A stretch of DNA of 64,000 bases from Nitrospinales bacterium (GTDB lineage Bacteria; Nitrospinota; Nitrospinia; Nitrospinales; VA-1). Each line of letters starts with the position of its first letter. Positions within the stretch are counted from its first letter, which is position 1. Of the stretch, positions 1 to 10,331 are shown in pieces. Location of the stretch: NCBI GenBank assembly GCA_965223345.1, contig CBDCWG010000012.1, forward strand, positions 128,001-192,000, read 5' to 3'. The notes below the pieces were generated by a model. That model ran no database searches. It was not told where the DNA came from and saw only the letters and a list, made by a program, of their open reading frames with translations. A program made the position numbers and the translations under genes.

Positions 1-3000
1 CTCTATAAGGAAAGCCACGCGCTGGTGATCGGGGTCAGCGAATACAACCGGGGCTGGCCGCAGCTTCCGGGTGTGAAAAAAGACGTGCAGGCGGTGCGCG
101 ATGTTCTGATCGAACTCGGGTTTCACGTCGTGATGGTGGAAGACCCGGATCCGAAGGAACTGGAAGCGGCCTACAAGGATTTCGTCCTCAAATACGGGCT
201 CGACCCGGAAAACCGGCTGCTGTTTTACTACGCGGGGCATGGTCACACGCACAAACCGGAGTATGCGACCAACGATCCCGAGGAATGGATGGGCTACCTG
301 GTGGCCCGCGACGCGCCGGACCCGAAGGTGGATCTGCCGAATTTCTTCAAGCACGCGCTCAGCATGCGCTCGATCGAAGGCATCGCGCTGACCATCGAAT
401 CCAAGCACGCCCTGTTCGTGTTCGACAGCTGTTTTTCCGGAACCATCTTCGGGCTGACCCGCGACATCCCCAAGGACATCCAGGAACGGACCGCCAAGCC
501 GGTGCGCCAGTTCATCACCTCCGGCACGGCCGATCAGGTGGTTCCGGACATCAGCATTTTCCGCCGGCAGTTCGTGTCGGCGCTGGAGGGGGAAGCGGAC
601 CGCAACAAGGACGGTTACGTGACGGGCACGGAGCTGGGTCTGTTCATGGAAGAGACGGTCACCAACCTCAGCCGCCGCACCCAGACCCCGCGCTACGGAA
701 AGATCCAGAACCGGTTTTTGAACAAGGGGGATTTCGTGTTCCCCATCAAGTGGGAAGCGGTGCTCAACGAACCGGTGCCGAGCGAGGATGCGGAAGATCC
801 GGGACTCACGGAAGATCCACAGGCGTTGATCCAGTATCTGATGAACCTGTCGAAAAATCCGCAGCTCAGCCGCGGCGTCGGCGGCAGAGACAAGAAAATC
901 AAGAAGCATTTTTCCAAGCTGCGAAAGCTCGACAACCTGAGCGACACGGCGGTGTCGGTGAAAACCAAGATCAAGCTGTGGAAGGACTTCATCCAGCTCT
1001 ACCCCACCAGCAATCCGCACCTGGAAGAGGCGAAATCGATTCTGGAGCAATTGGTGGCCTCGGCGCCTCCGGAAGAGGACACCACGCAGCAGGAACTGCA
1101 GGCGGAATTCGCGCGGCTGATGGCCATGGATCAGCAGGCGGTGCGCCTGGATAAAAAAATCGACGCCTGGGAAGCGTTTCTCGAAAAATATCCCACCAAC
1201 AATCCCAAGAAGGATTTCGCCCGGTTCAAGATCGACAAGCTGAACAAGGACCTGGACATTCTGCTGAGCGGCGGGACGCCCGGGTCGGGGGCCACCGCCA
1301 AAGCCGCCGCACCGGCTCCGTCGGCGGAGCAGACGAAAATGCAGGAGAAGGAAAAACAGCTGGCGCAGGAACTGGAGGCACTGAAAAAAGAACAGGCGCG
1401 CATCGCCGAAAAGAAAAAACAGCTGGCCGACAAACTGGAAGCGCAGCGCAAGGAACAGCAGCGGCTGGCGGAAGAGCGGCGGCTGGCTGCGGAGCGGGAA
1501 GCCAAACGCATCGCCGAAGAAAAACGCCTCGCCGCCGAACGGGAAGCGCGGCTGAAAGAGGAAAAACGCCTGGCCGAGGAACGGCGGCTGGCTGCGGAGC
1601 GGGAAGCCAAACGCATCGCCGAGGAAAAACGGCTCGCCGAGCAGAAACGGCTGGCGGAAGAGGCCGAGGCGAAACGCATCGCAGAAGAGAAACGCCTCGC
1701 CGAGGAGCGGCGGCTGGCCGCGGAACTCGATGCGAAAATCGCCGAGCAAAAACGCCTCGCCGAAGAACGGCGGCTGGCGCAGGAGGCGGAAGCCAAACGC
1801 AGGGCGGAGGAGTTCCGGCTGGCCGAGGAGAAGCGGCTCGCCGAGGAGGCGGAAGCCAAACGCAAAGCGGAAGAGAAACGCCTCGCGCAAAAGAAGCGGC
1901 TTGAAGAAGAGCGGCAGGCGCGCATCCAGGAAGAAAAGCGGCGCGAGGAAGCCAAACTTCTGCAACAGCAGCAACAGGCGAAGAAGGTCAAGGCGGAAGT
2001 CCAGGAAGCGGAGAAACGCCTGACGCTGGAGCTCAAAGAACAGCAAATGGAGCAGGAGCGCATCGACGACGAAAAAAGAAAACTGGCGGAAGAGCTGGAA
2101 GCGATCCAGAACGAACAAAAGATGCTGGCGGAAGAGAACCGGCGGCTGGAGCTGGAACGGCACGCGCAGATACTGGAAGAAGCGCGCTTGGCGGAAGAAA
2201 AGCGTCTGCTGGAGATCCAGGAAGAGCTGCCCGCGCCCTCGGTCGTGCCGGAACCGATGGAGCTGGCCCGTTACGAACCTCCGGCCGATGCGAACGATGC
2301 GTCCGACGCTTTCGGGGAAATGGTTCTCATCCCTTCGGGAACCTTCCAGCTGACCGGCGGCGGTGAAAAACACCGCGAGTTTCTGGGGGATTTCTACATG
2401 GATGCGCGGGAAGTGACGCAGGCTGAATTTTTACGCGTGATGGGCACCAACCCCTCCCACTTCAAGGGCGATGCGCTTCCCGTCGAGCAGGTGACCTGGG
2501 AGGAAGCGAACCAGTACTGCGCGAAAATCGGCAAACGCCTGCCCACCAGCGCGGAGTGGGAGAAAGCGGCGCGATCGGGCAAGAAGACCAAATATTTCTG
2601 GGGCGACCGGTTCGAAAAGAACCGGGCCAACTGCACCGGTTGCGGCAGCGACTGGGACGGCAGCAAGACCGCGCCGGTGGGAAGTTTCCCCCCGAACGAC
2701 TGGGGCCTGTACGACATGGCGGGCAACGTCTGGGAATGGGTGCAGGACACGCACGACGAAATCTTCCGCGTGTTGAGAGGGGGATCGTGGATGGACGACA
2801 CCAGTTTCGTGCATGCGGGCGGTTTTTATTTCGTGCCGCCGGAAAACCGCAGCAGCGACATCGGATTCCGCTGCGCGGTCTCCAAAGAGAACAAACGCCT
2901 CGCCGAGGAACGCATGCGCCTGGGGCAAAAAGGCGCGGGCGTGCGCACCGCAGCCCTGCCGCAGCAGCGGGTTCCCCGGGACTGGGAGATCCCCCTGCCC

Positions 3001-3717
3001 GAGCCAGCGTCTGAACTGAAAACTTCCGCGGTGGCGCCTTCCGAATCGCAACGGGATCTTGCCGTTCCTTCGCAGGTGAAAGGCATGGTGCGGATTGAAG
3101 CCGGGAAATTCAAGATGGGCTCCGCAAACGGCGACGCGGACGAAAGCCCGGTGCACACGGTCTATCTCGACACCTACCTGATCGACAAGACCGAGGTCAC
3201 GCAAAAAGATTTTGAAGAGGTGATGGGGTTCAATCCGGCGGAGTTCAAGCGAAAGGATGGACCGGTGGACAACGTCACCTGGAAGGAAGCCTCGCAATAC
3301 TGCGAAAAAGTCGGCAAGCGGCTGCCCACGGAAGCGGAATGGGAACGCGCGGCGCGGGCGGGAACCGACAGCAAATACTACTGGGGCAATGACGCCGACG
3401 CGGAATACGGCTGGTGGGGCACGGACGACACGTCGTGGTACGGGCCGCACCCGGTGGCAAAAAAGCAGCCCAACGCGCTGGGACTGCACGACATGGCGGG
3501 CAACGTCTGGGAATGGGTGGCCGACTGGTTCGAGGAGAGTTATTACAAGGGCAGCCCCGACAGCAACCCCAAAGGCCCCGCAACAGGGACGCAGAAAGTG
3601 CTGCGCGGCGGCGGCTGGGATGAGTCCCCGGCGTTCGTGCGCATGGCCAACCGCGCGCACAGCGCGCCTGCGGAGCGTTACAACGTCAACGGATTCCGCT
3701 GCGCCAAGACACCTTAA
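1..3717 (+). CDS. Caspase-like (peptidase C14) domain + long E/K/R/A coiled-coil + two FGE-sulfatase (SUMF1) domains; 5' end truncated by the window
   Basis: Frame is open from base 1. Caspase-type His/Cys motifs FYYAGHG and FDSCFSG; EEKRLAEERRLA repeats; two copies of RLPT.AEWE.AAR...GL.DMAGNVWEWV.D...RGG.W...GFRC. Confidence 0.85.
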   Translation, partial: LYKESHALVIGVSEYNRGWPQLPGVKKDVQAVRDVLIELGFHVVMVEDPDPKELEAAYKDFVLKYGLDPENRLLFYYAGHGHTHKPEYATNDPEEWMGYLVARDAPDPKVDLPNFFKHALSMRSIEGIALTIESKHALFVFDSCFSGTIFGLTRDIPKDIQERTAKPVRQFITSGTADQVVPDISIFRRQFVSALEGEADRNKDGYVTGTELGLFMEETVTNLSRRTQTPRYGKIQNRFLNKGDFVFPIKWEAVLNEPVPSEDAEDPGLTEDPQALIQYLMNLSKNPQLSRGVGGRDKKIKKHFSKLRKLDNLSDTAVSVKTKIKLWKDFIQLYPTSNPHLEEAKSILEQLVASAPPEEDTTQQELQAEFARLMAMDQQAVRLDKKIDAWEAFLEKYPTNNPKKDFARFKIDKLNKDLDILLSGGTPGSGATAKAAAPAPSAEQTKMQEKEKQLAQELEALKKEQARIAEKKKQLADKLEAQRKEQQRLAEERRLAAEREAKRIAEEKRLAAEREARLKEEKRLAEERRLAAEREAKRIAEEKRLAEQKRLAEEAEAKRIAEEKRLAEERRLAAELDAKIAEQKRLAEERRLAQEAEAKRRAEEFRLAEEKRLAEEAEAKRKAEEKRLAQKKRLEEERQARIQEEKRREEAKLLQQQQQAKKVKAEVQEAEKRLTLELKEQQMEQERIDDEKRKLAEELEAIQNEQKMLAEENRRLELERHAQILEEARLAEEKRLLEIQEELPAPSVVPEPMELARYEPPADANDASDAFGEMVLIPSGTFQLTGGGEKHREFLGDFYMDAREVTQAEFLRVMGTNPSHFKGDALPVEQVTWEEANQYCAKIGKRLPTSAEWEKAARSGKKTKYFWGDRFEKNRANCTGCGSDWDGSKTAPVGSFPPNDWGLYDMAGNVWEWVQDTHDEIFRVLRGGSWMDDTSFVHAGGFYFVPPENRSSDIGFRCAVSKENKRLAEERMRLGQKGAGVRTAALPQQRVPRDWEIPLPEPASELKTSAVAPSESQRDLAVPSQVKGMVRIEAGKFKMGSANGDADESPVHTVYLDTYLIDKTEVTQKDFEEVMGFNPAEFKRKDGPVDNVTWKEASQYCEKVGKRLPTEAEWERAARAGTDSKYYWGNDADAEYGWWGTDDTSWYGPHPVAKKQPNALGLHDMAGNVWEWVADWFEESYYKGSPDSNPKGPATGTQKVLRGGGWDESPAFVRMANRAHSAPAERYNVNGFRCAKTP
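1459..2210 (+). repeat. Imperfect coding repeats (EEKRLAEERRLAAEREAKRIA), a charged single-alpha-helix/coiled-coil spacer
   Basis: Recurrent DNA units such as cggcggctggctgcggagcgggaagccaaacgcatcgccga at ~1478 and ~1583. Confidence 0.8.
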
Positions 3718-3747
3718 AAACTCACCTAGCGTTCCCAGGGCATGCGG

Positions 3748-4242
3748 TCAATCCGGCTTGCCGCCCTCCCACCATTTGCCCCAGCGCACCGAAGCGATGC
3801 TCTGGGCGAACTTTTTGCCTTCACGGTAAAACACCCGATACGCACCGCTGTCGCCGGTGGCGTTCTGGCTGTGCCAGGTCTGTGCGGGAAACGCCGCCAG
3901 ATCGGGAATCCAGACACTCTCGGCGTCGGTTTTGCGGATCACCAGAAACCCGCTTTCCTTGGCGAATTCGAAATCCGCAAACAGCGTCACGGTGGCGCCG
4001 GGCGGCCCTTCCAGAATGATGGAATAGATCCCGGAACAGAAATAATAGTTGAACCCGCGCAAATCGCGCAGGTCCTTGCCGGAAGCGAGTTTCAGGCTGC
4101 CCTCGCAGCTGTCCATGATGGTGCCGAAGCCCCCGAGGTCGGGGCCCTTGATGAGGGTCAGTTGTGCGGATTCACCGCCCGACAGCGGTGTGGATGCGAA
4201 CAGAAAAGTAAGGAACAGCCATCCGGCAATGTGACGTTTCAT
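3748..4242 (-). CDS. Hypothetical secreted protein
   Basis: MKRHIAGWLFLTFLFASTPLSG resembles a signal peptide; start taken at the internal ATG 4242. Confidence 0.6.
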   Translation of the reverse strand: MKRHIAGWLFLTFLFASTPLSGGESAQLTLIKGPDLGGFGTIMDSCEGSLKLASGKDLRDLRGFNYYFCSGIYSIILEGPPGATVTLFADFEFAKESGFLVIRKTDAESVWIPDLAAFPAQTWHSQNATGDSGAYRVFYREGKKFAQSIASVRWGKWWEGGKPD

Positions 4243-4435
4243 GGCGGGGTGCCCTCGCATGTGAGTCGATCGCCGGCAGCGCGGCGCTTCCCGATGGCAT
4301 TGCCTGCCCATGCGGGATTCAAGTATCGCGCATCGTTTTTGCTAAATCAACCTCCGTTGACGAAACCTGCGGCCCGCCGGCTCGTGAGCCTCCTTGCGCT
4401 CAGCGGCGCGGGTTGTATCCCGGTTTTGAGGCAAA

Positions 4436-4469
4436 AAAAATTCCATCCCCAAACGGGGATGGAATTTTT
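4436..4469. terminator. Intrinsic terminator with A/T runs on both sides
   Basis: aaaaattccatcccc-aaac-ggggatggaattttt inverted repeat just downstream of the 4490-4897 gene. Confidence 0.8.
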
Positions 4470-4489
4470 ATGCGGAAACGTGCCGCTGT

Positions 4490-4897
4490 TTATTTCACGA
4501 CGAAGCTGATCGCGTTGGTGACCGGCGGATCGTAAGGCACGTGGTCGCCGGTGGCGAAGAGGGTCTGGATCGTGTGAAAACCCGGCTCCAGGTTCAACGT
4601 CTTGCAGCTCGAACCGTCGCCCATGTGCACGTGATTTTGATCCTTCGGAATCGGCTTGCTCAAATCCTTGGGAACGGGAACGTCGATCAGAAGATGATGG
4701 TGCCCGGCTCCTTTGCGGACGCCTTTGCTCGCCGGTTCCACGGCATAACCCTGGACATCCATGCAGATTTCCACCGGTGCGCTCACGGTCGAGTTCGGAG
4801 TGGGTTTGGTGAAGGTGATTCCGGGAGTGCACCCCCATTGAAATCCAAGAACTACCAGCCCTGCGGCGGCCACCCAAAATCGTGCTGTGCGTTTCAT
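4490..4897 (-). CDS. DUF4399-like lipoprotein
   Basis: Lipobox-like QWGC; GHHHLLID, HVHMGDG and LEPGFHTIQ motifs typical of DUF4399. Confidence 0.75.
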   Translation of the reverse strand: MKRTARFWVAAAGLVVLGFQWGCTPGITFTKPTPNSTVSAPVEICMDVQGYAVEPASKGVRKGAGHHHLLIDVPVPKDLSKPIPKDQNHVHMGDGSSCKTLNLEPGFHTIQTLFATGDHVPYDPPVTNAISFVVK

Positions 4898-5271
4898 ACT
4901 GCCCCCTTTATGAATTGTAGAGTTCAAAATTTCGGTCCTCTCCCAATGGGAACCATCCAGGACCTGTCTGTATTCCTGCGTCCTCAGACGTCTTTGCCGC
5001 TTTCCACTCCCAAACCATCCACTGTATTCGGTTTCTTTCCGGCGCGGACAACCGTTGAAATGCGCCCGAAAAGTCCATTGTTCAGCCGCATCCACGAGCC
5101 TGAATGGGACAATTTCTGTACGCGGCCCTCCGAACAGGCGGGTTGTCTATCGATGCGCTGCACATGGATAGGCGATTATACCCCAAACCCCGCGCGCCGC
5201 CCCAACAATTTTTTGCGTGCGCCCAAACACTCTCATTTTTGACCTCCAGATCCATGCCCGGGGCATGCGGG

Positions 5272-7998
5272 TCAAAAACTTTTGCGCACCAGTTCCTTGA
5301 TCGCGGGATGGTACTGCGCCGGGATGTTCTTGGACCGCTTGATGACCGCTTCGATGGCTTCGCCTTCGCTGGCAAAATTCTTGATCGTGCGGATCAGGTT
5401 CTCGTGGTATTCGACGATTTTCTGGTGCACCAGATCCTGATGCGGCAGGCCGTCCGAAATGGTTTCGGCCACCTTGTTGCGGTCGAGATCGTTTTTCACC
5501 AGAAGATCGAAACAGATGCCCTTGAACCGCGAGGACACGGTGTTGCGGCTCATGTTGAGCTGGGCTGCGGTCTCGTTAATTTCAAACCCTTTTTCCCGCA
5601 GCACGTTGAGCAGCGTCTCGTCCTCGACGCCGCCTTTGGATTTGCCGGAACGGGCGCGCGCCGGGGTCTCCACAGGCGGCGGGGCCTGGGACACTTTGTC
5701 GAGCCCCAGATCCTTCTCCTGAATGAGTTTTTTCGTGGCCAGGGTGATGCCGCGCTGGATGACGTTTTCCAGTTCGCGGATGTTGCCGCGCCATTCGCAG
5801 GCCACCAGTTTCTTCATGGCCTGATCGGACACGCCTTCCAGATCCTTGCCGTATTCGCTGGCGTATTTCTCGACGAAATGCTGCACCAGGAACGGAATGT
5901 CCTCCCTGCGTTCGCGCAGGGGCGGCAGGGTCACGGTGAGGGCGTTCAAGCGGTAAAACAGGTCCTCGCGGAATTCGCCCTTCTGAATCTGGCTTTCCAG
6001 GTTCTTGTGGGTGGCGGCGATGACACGGGTGTCGATCTTGAACGCTTCGCCGCCGATGGGCTGCACTTCCTTTTGCTGCAGCACCCGCAGCAGCTTCACC
6101 TGTGCGTCGAGCTGCGTGTCGCCGATTTCATCGAGGAAGATGGTGCCGCGGTCGGCCACGGAAAATTTGCCTTTCTTGGAACTGCTGGCTCCGGTGAACG
6201 CGCCTTTGGTGTGGCCGAACAGCTCGCTTTCCACCAGGTCACGCGGGATCGCCCCCATGTTGACAGCGATGAAGTTCTCGTTCTGGCGCGGGCTCATCAG
6301 GTGCAGCGCGCGGGCGAACAACTCCTTGCCGGTCCCCGATTCGCCGAGGATCAACACCGGAGACGGCACGGACGCGTACTGCTTCAAAATGCGGAAGGTT
6401 TCCAGGCATTTCTTGTTTTGCGTGACGATGCCGTTGGCCATGCACTCTTCCCGCAGCGCTTCGTAGTCGTCGCCCAGGGCGTGCTCGTCTTCGGAGACGT
6501 TGACCTTGAGGTCGGAAAATTTCGCGACCAGGGAGGCGTGTTCCTCCTGCAGGCGGTTTTTTTCTTTCAGCACCGAATCCAGCTTGGTTTTGAGTTCCTG
6601 AATGTCGTGCGAGCGGATCTCCTCCTGCTTTTTCTCTTCCACCAGGCCTTCCTGCAATTCGTCCAGCTGCCCCTGAGTCTCGAACAGTTCTTTCTCCTTG
6701 GCCGCCAGATCGCGCGAGATCGCGGCCATGCGCGACTCGACGTCGTGCTTCTGCTTGAGCAGCGCGTCGGTGATCTGCTTTTCGGCGGTGGACTGGTAGA
6801 CGGAGACGATGAGGCTGGTGAGCAGGATCGCGAAGATCGGCGGGAACAATTCGATGATGACGCCGCCGGAAAACAGGATCACGCCGACCAAAAAATAGCC
6901 CGCCGCCAGCAGAAAGATCAGCACCATCTTTTCGACGTAGCGCCTCGAATGCAGGATCTGCGCGGTGGCCATGCCCATCAGCAGGATCAGCAACACGTCG
7001 AACCAGGGCGAGGTTTCGCGTAAAAAGTTCTGCGTCAGGATGGTGTTGATGATGTTGGCGTGGATGCCGGGGCCGGGATAGTTCTTCTCCAGCGGAATGG
7101 TTTTGACATCGCTGCCGGTGATGGTGTTGGCGATGAAGATGATCTTGCCGGCGAGGTCCTCGACTTTGCCGGTACTGGGTTCGGCGCTTTCCGTTCCGAC
7201 CGAGGCGAAGGAGGCGTGCTTGAACGTCTCGCCCCATTTGCCGGCGTAGTTGATGATCATCTGCCCCTTGTCGTCCACCGGGATGGCGATGTCGTTCATA
7301 CCGGCTTTGCGGGAGGCGTGCACGACGACGGCGGAGCCTTTGAGCTCCACATCGGCGGGCGTCAGGCCGAGAAAGTTGAGCACCACCTGGAAGCCGAGCG
7401 CCGGGATCAGCTTGTCCTGGTGCTTGACGATCAGCGGCACGCGGCGGACGATGCCGTCCTGGTCGCGGTTGGTGGCGATGTGCCCGACGCCGTTTTTGCG
7501 CAACAGGCCGGGCAGGGAGAAGATGACGTTTTCGGTGTGGAAAAAATCCTTGTCGGCGCTTCCGGGCAGCGGGTCCCAGAGATACGGCTTCAGCGCCTCG
7601 CCTTCGGTGGATTCCCCGGTTTCGGCGAGGCTCACCGCCGCGGGATAGATGAGGTTTCCGGCTTCTTTGGAGGCTTCGATCAGCGCCGTGTCCTGCTCGT
7701 CATCCTTGGGCAGGGCGAACAGCACGTCGTAGGCGATGACGGAGGCTTCCGCCTCCTTGAGAAAGCGCACCAGATCGGCGTGCAGGCTGCGCTTCCACGG
7801 CCACACGCCGTACTTCGCGGCGCTGGCGTCGTCCGCATCGATCATGATCAGATCGGCGTTCGCGTCGGTCCCGCCGCGCAGGATGAACCGGAAGTCCAGG
7901 GTCTTGAGTTCCCAGGCCCGGAACAGATCCTGGAACACCACGCTCAAAAACAGAGTGATCAGTGCGCCGCAGACACCCAGCGCCAGTTGCTTCTTCAT
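5272..7998 (-). CDS. Membrane-bound CHASE2-domain sigma-54-dependent transcriptional activator (bEBP)
   Basis: N-terminal CHASE2 motifs (IDADD...WPWKR, DGIVRRVPL, PGPGIHANII), three TM helices, coiled coil, AAA+ with [38 protein letters not shown], and a Fis-like HTH (ETAAQLNMSRNTV). Confidence 0.9.
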   Translation of the reverse strand: MKKQLALGVCGALITLFLSVVFQDLFRAWELKTLDFRFILRGGTDANADLIMIDADDASAAKYGVWPWKRSLHADLVRFLKEAEASVIAYDVLFALPKDDEQDTALIEASKEAGNLIYPAAVSLAETGESTEGEALKPYLWDPLPGSADKDFFHTENVIFSLPGLLRKNGVGHIATNRDQDGIVRRVPLIVKHQDKLIPALGFQVVLNFLGLTPADVELKGSAVVVHASRKAGMNDIAIPVDDKGQMIINYAGKWGETFKHASFASVGTESAEPSTGKVEDLAGKIIFIANTITGSDVKTIPLEKNYPGPGIHANIINTILTQNFLRETSPWFDVLLILLMGMATAQILHSRRYVEKMVLIFLLAAGYFLVGVILFSGGVIIELFPPIFAILLTSLIVSVYQSTAEKQITDALLKQKHDVESRMAAISRDLAAKEKELFETQGQLDELQEGLVEEKKQEEIRSHDIQELKTKLDSVLKEKNRLQEEHASLVAKFSDLKVNVSEDEHALGDDYEALREECMANGIVTQNKKCLETFRILKQYASVPSPVLILGESGTGKELFARALHLMSPRQNENFIAVNMGAIPRDLVESELFGHTKGAFTGASSSKKGKFSVADRGTIFLDEIGDTQLDAQVKLLRVLQQKEVQPIGGEAFKIDTRVIAATHKNLESQIQKGEFREDLFYRLNALTVTLPPLRERREDIPFLVQHFVEKYASEYGKDLEGVSDQAMKKLVACEWRGNIRELENVIQRGITLATKKLIQEKDLGLDKVSQAPPPVETPARARSGKSKGGVEDETLLNVLREKGFEINETAAQLNMSRNTVSSRFKGICFDLLVKNDLDRNKVAETISDGLPHQDLVHQKIVEYHENLIRTIKNFASEGEAIEAVIKRSKNIPAQYHPAIKELVRKSF

Positions 7999-8075
7999 AA
8001 GTTACTTTTCTCTCTCACGGGGCGTTGTTCGCCCCGGTGTTCCTTTGAGCGCGGCCCTTCCTCAAAGAGCGCGGT

Positions 8076-9380
8076 TCAGCGGGTCGCCTCCTTGCCGGAG
8101 GTGCCGATCATGTCGATCGGCTTGCTGGGCTTATCCACCAGCGGAACGGGCTCTTCCTTGCCCGTGGTGCCGATCATGTCGATCGGTTTTTCCGGCTTGT
8201 CCACCAGCGGGATGGGCCGGGTGCCGCGAATCGAATCGTCCGCGCGTTCATTGATGAATATTTCCAGGGTGGCCACCGCCCATTCCGAAATGGTTTTATC
8301 GGAAAAGGCATCGAGCAGGGCTTTCAAATCCTTCTCGCCCGCCACCGTTCCCGGCCGGATGCTGTAAAACCCATTGTTCCCCAGTGCATCCAGCGGCCAT
8401 TCGCGGGTTTCGGAAAACAGGGCTTTGAACCGTTCCATGCCGATCGGTCCGGCGATCTTGAACTCCACACCCGAATCGAGTTTGGGTATGTTGTGCGTCA
8501 CGCCCGCCTCCAGAAAATTGTCCGGTGCGGCGGGGTTGGGAAATATCACCTTGGCGCCGCCGTCGGGACTGATTTCCACGAGGATCAGGTAACCGGGTTT
8601 TTCTGTCTTCACAGAAAATGTGATGAGATCTCCGATACCGTAGCTCTTTTTATCGGTCCATAATGCAATGTCATCAGCGGAACCGAAAGATTCCAGTTCG
8701 ATCAGATCTCTCAGGTATTTTTCATACCCTCCCAGGCTGCGCGACACTCTGAGCGGAACCACCGGTCCCGACGCGGTGTGCAGCAGTTTCTTATCGTGCG
8801 CAGAAATCGCCTCCACGGGAAAACGGGCACGGCCGTCGTAAACGATGTCGCCCGTCGCCGCGGACACCAGTTGCGGCTGCACGCTGAGTCCATTGCTCTC
8901 GGTCTGGTAAATGCCCCTGACATAATAGTCCAGTCCGTTCACTTTGGCAATTTGCTTCAGCCCGTCCGTCTCTTCGGAAGCCGAAATTCCCAGCACGCTG
9001 AGCCGGTCCGACTGAAACAGATGCAGCAGCATGTCTTCCCGCAGCCGGCGGCTGAAATCGGTGACCCGGTTGCCGCGGGCCTCCCGGAATTGCAACACGC
9101 CGATGCGCGGGGTTTCGCCGCGAGGAATATTTTTCAGGATCTGCCGGGCGAGGTCGGCCACTTTTTCGTTCCACAACGGGGTCTTTCCCGGAATGGCGAT
9201 GGCGGGCGTTGCCGCTTGCCGGTTTTCCGCCTGCACGCGTGGAATCTCTGCGTAAACGCTCGCGGTCAAAAGAAAAAACAGCGACGCCCCGCACGCGGCA
9301 CAGCCGACGATCGGGATCCGCGGTGTGGTTTCGAAACGCTGCTTCCAGACCTCCCAGAACAGTTTTTTGTCTTTTTTCAT
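8076..9380 (-). CDS. Exported protein with FlgO/CsgG-like N-domain and DUF4384 domain
   Basis: Hydrophobic N-terminal segment; WTDKKSYGIGDLITFSVKTEKPGYLILVEISPDGGAKVIFPN is the DUF4384 pattern; same strand as and upstream of the bEBP. Confidence 0.65.
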   Translation of the reverse strand: MKKDKKLFWEVWKQRFETTPRIPIVGCAACGASLFFLLTASVYAEIPRVQAENRQAATPAIAIPGKTPLWNEKVADLARQILKNIPRGETPRIGVLQFREARGNRVTDFSRRLREDMLLHLFQSDRLSVLGISASEETDGLKQIAKVNGLDYYVRGIYQTESNGLSVQPQLVSAATGDIVYDGRARFPVEAISAHDKKLLHTASGPVVPLRVSRSLGGYEKYLRDLIELESFGSADDIALWTDKKSYGIGDLITFSVKTEKPGYLILVEISPDGGAKVIFPNPAAPDNFLEAGVTHNIPKLDSGVEFKIAGPIGMERFKALFSETREWPLDALGNNGFYSIRPGTVAGEKDLKALLDAFSDKTISEWAVATLEIFINERADDSIRGTRPIPLVDKPEKPIDMIGTTGKEEPVPLVDKPSKPIDMIGTSGKEATR

Positions 9381-10331
9381 GATCTTGCCCCCTTCAATGT
9401 AAAGGTTAAAATGAATTATTTCATTTCAAAGTCTCCGGTTCAATGGATTGGCCGGGTCCGTATCGGGGTTTTTCCCTAAGTAGCGAAAAATGAGCCCTTT
9501 TCCTGGGGGGATCGCGCTCGGCCCGGATCTCTCCGGTCCCAGCGGCACAGAGCCATCTCGCCAGGAAATCGCCCGATCGGACCCGGCTATATGTAAAACC
9601 GGTTCTGCCGCAAAACCGCGCTCCCGGTGGGAGTGGTGTTCCGGAAACGCCTTTCACGGAAGAACCGATAAAAACAAATCCACTTTTTGCAAATCCGGCA
9701 GACGCACGCATGGGCGCGTTTGCGTTTCTTTTTTAAGAGCGTCCGTTCACCTCCGTGACAGGGGTTGCTCGCTCCCGGTTATTAGATGGGGCTGAATTCC
9801 AGATTGCCCCTCAACAAAAGTACTCGGCCCGGTATCTCTGTATGGTGTGTCGGCAGGGTGCGTGGTGTACCGCGACCACCCGGGTGCATGCAGGATCCGG
9901 GCACAATTCCATGTGCCGTGTGTCGTTCGGTTCGCGTTTCTGGGCCGGCTCGCTAATCAGGATGCCGGGGTTCTTCTCCTGTTCCGTTTGTGCGGTGTCG
10001 CCGGTTTGCATGTTCTTTCCTTTCCGGTTGCGCGTTTTCATGCTGCCTGTTTGCGTTTGCCGCGGCCGGTCGTTCGGCCTGCGAATCGTTTCATTTGCGA
10101 TGGGCTAACGGAAACTATGTTGGGCAATACTAAATGCGTTTCCTGGGAAGGAAATCGGGAAGGATTTGGGGTGGGAATCAGGAAGGCTTTCGAAAGGATC
10201 GTATCGGAGAGCCTTAGTATTACCCCACATAGTTTCCGTTGACCTGTTGTCGTCTGCGGCGGTGCTTCGTTTTCGCGGCCGCCTTGTTGCAAAATGTCCT
10301 CCGTGTTAAAGGTTTGCGTCCCTGACCGGTA

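Noticed and set aside
2290..3717. FGE/CLec-fold domains (also 31517-32347) as diversity-generating retroelement targets
   Set aside because: No reverse transcriptase and no template repeat differing only at adenines is visible in the window.
5104..7023. Long antisense ORFs (also 23204-25360, 27286-28830, 31418-34360, 39386-41401, 50901-52070)
   Set aside because: Shadow frames opposite well-supported genes, expected in GC-rich DNA, with no motifs of their own.
9811..10041. Small Cys/His-containing minus-strand ORF in the 950-bp gap
   Set aside because: No recognisable motif or sigma-54 box; could be real but is unsupported.
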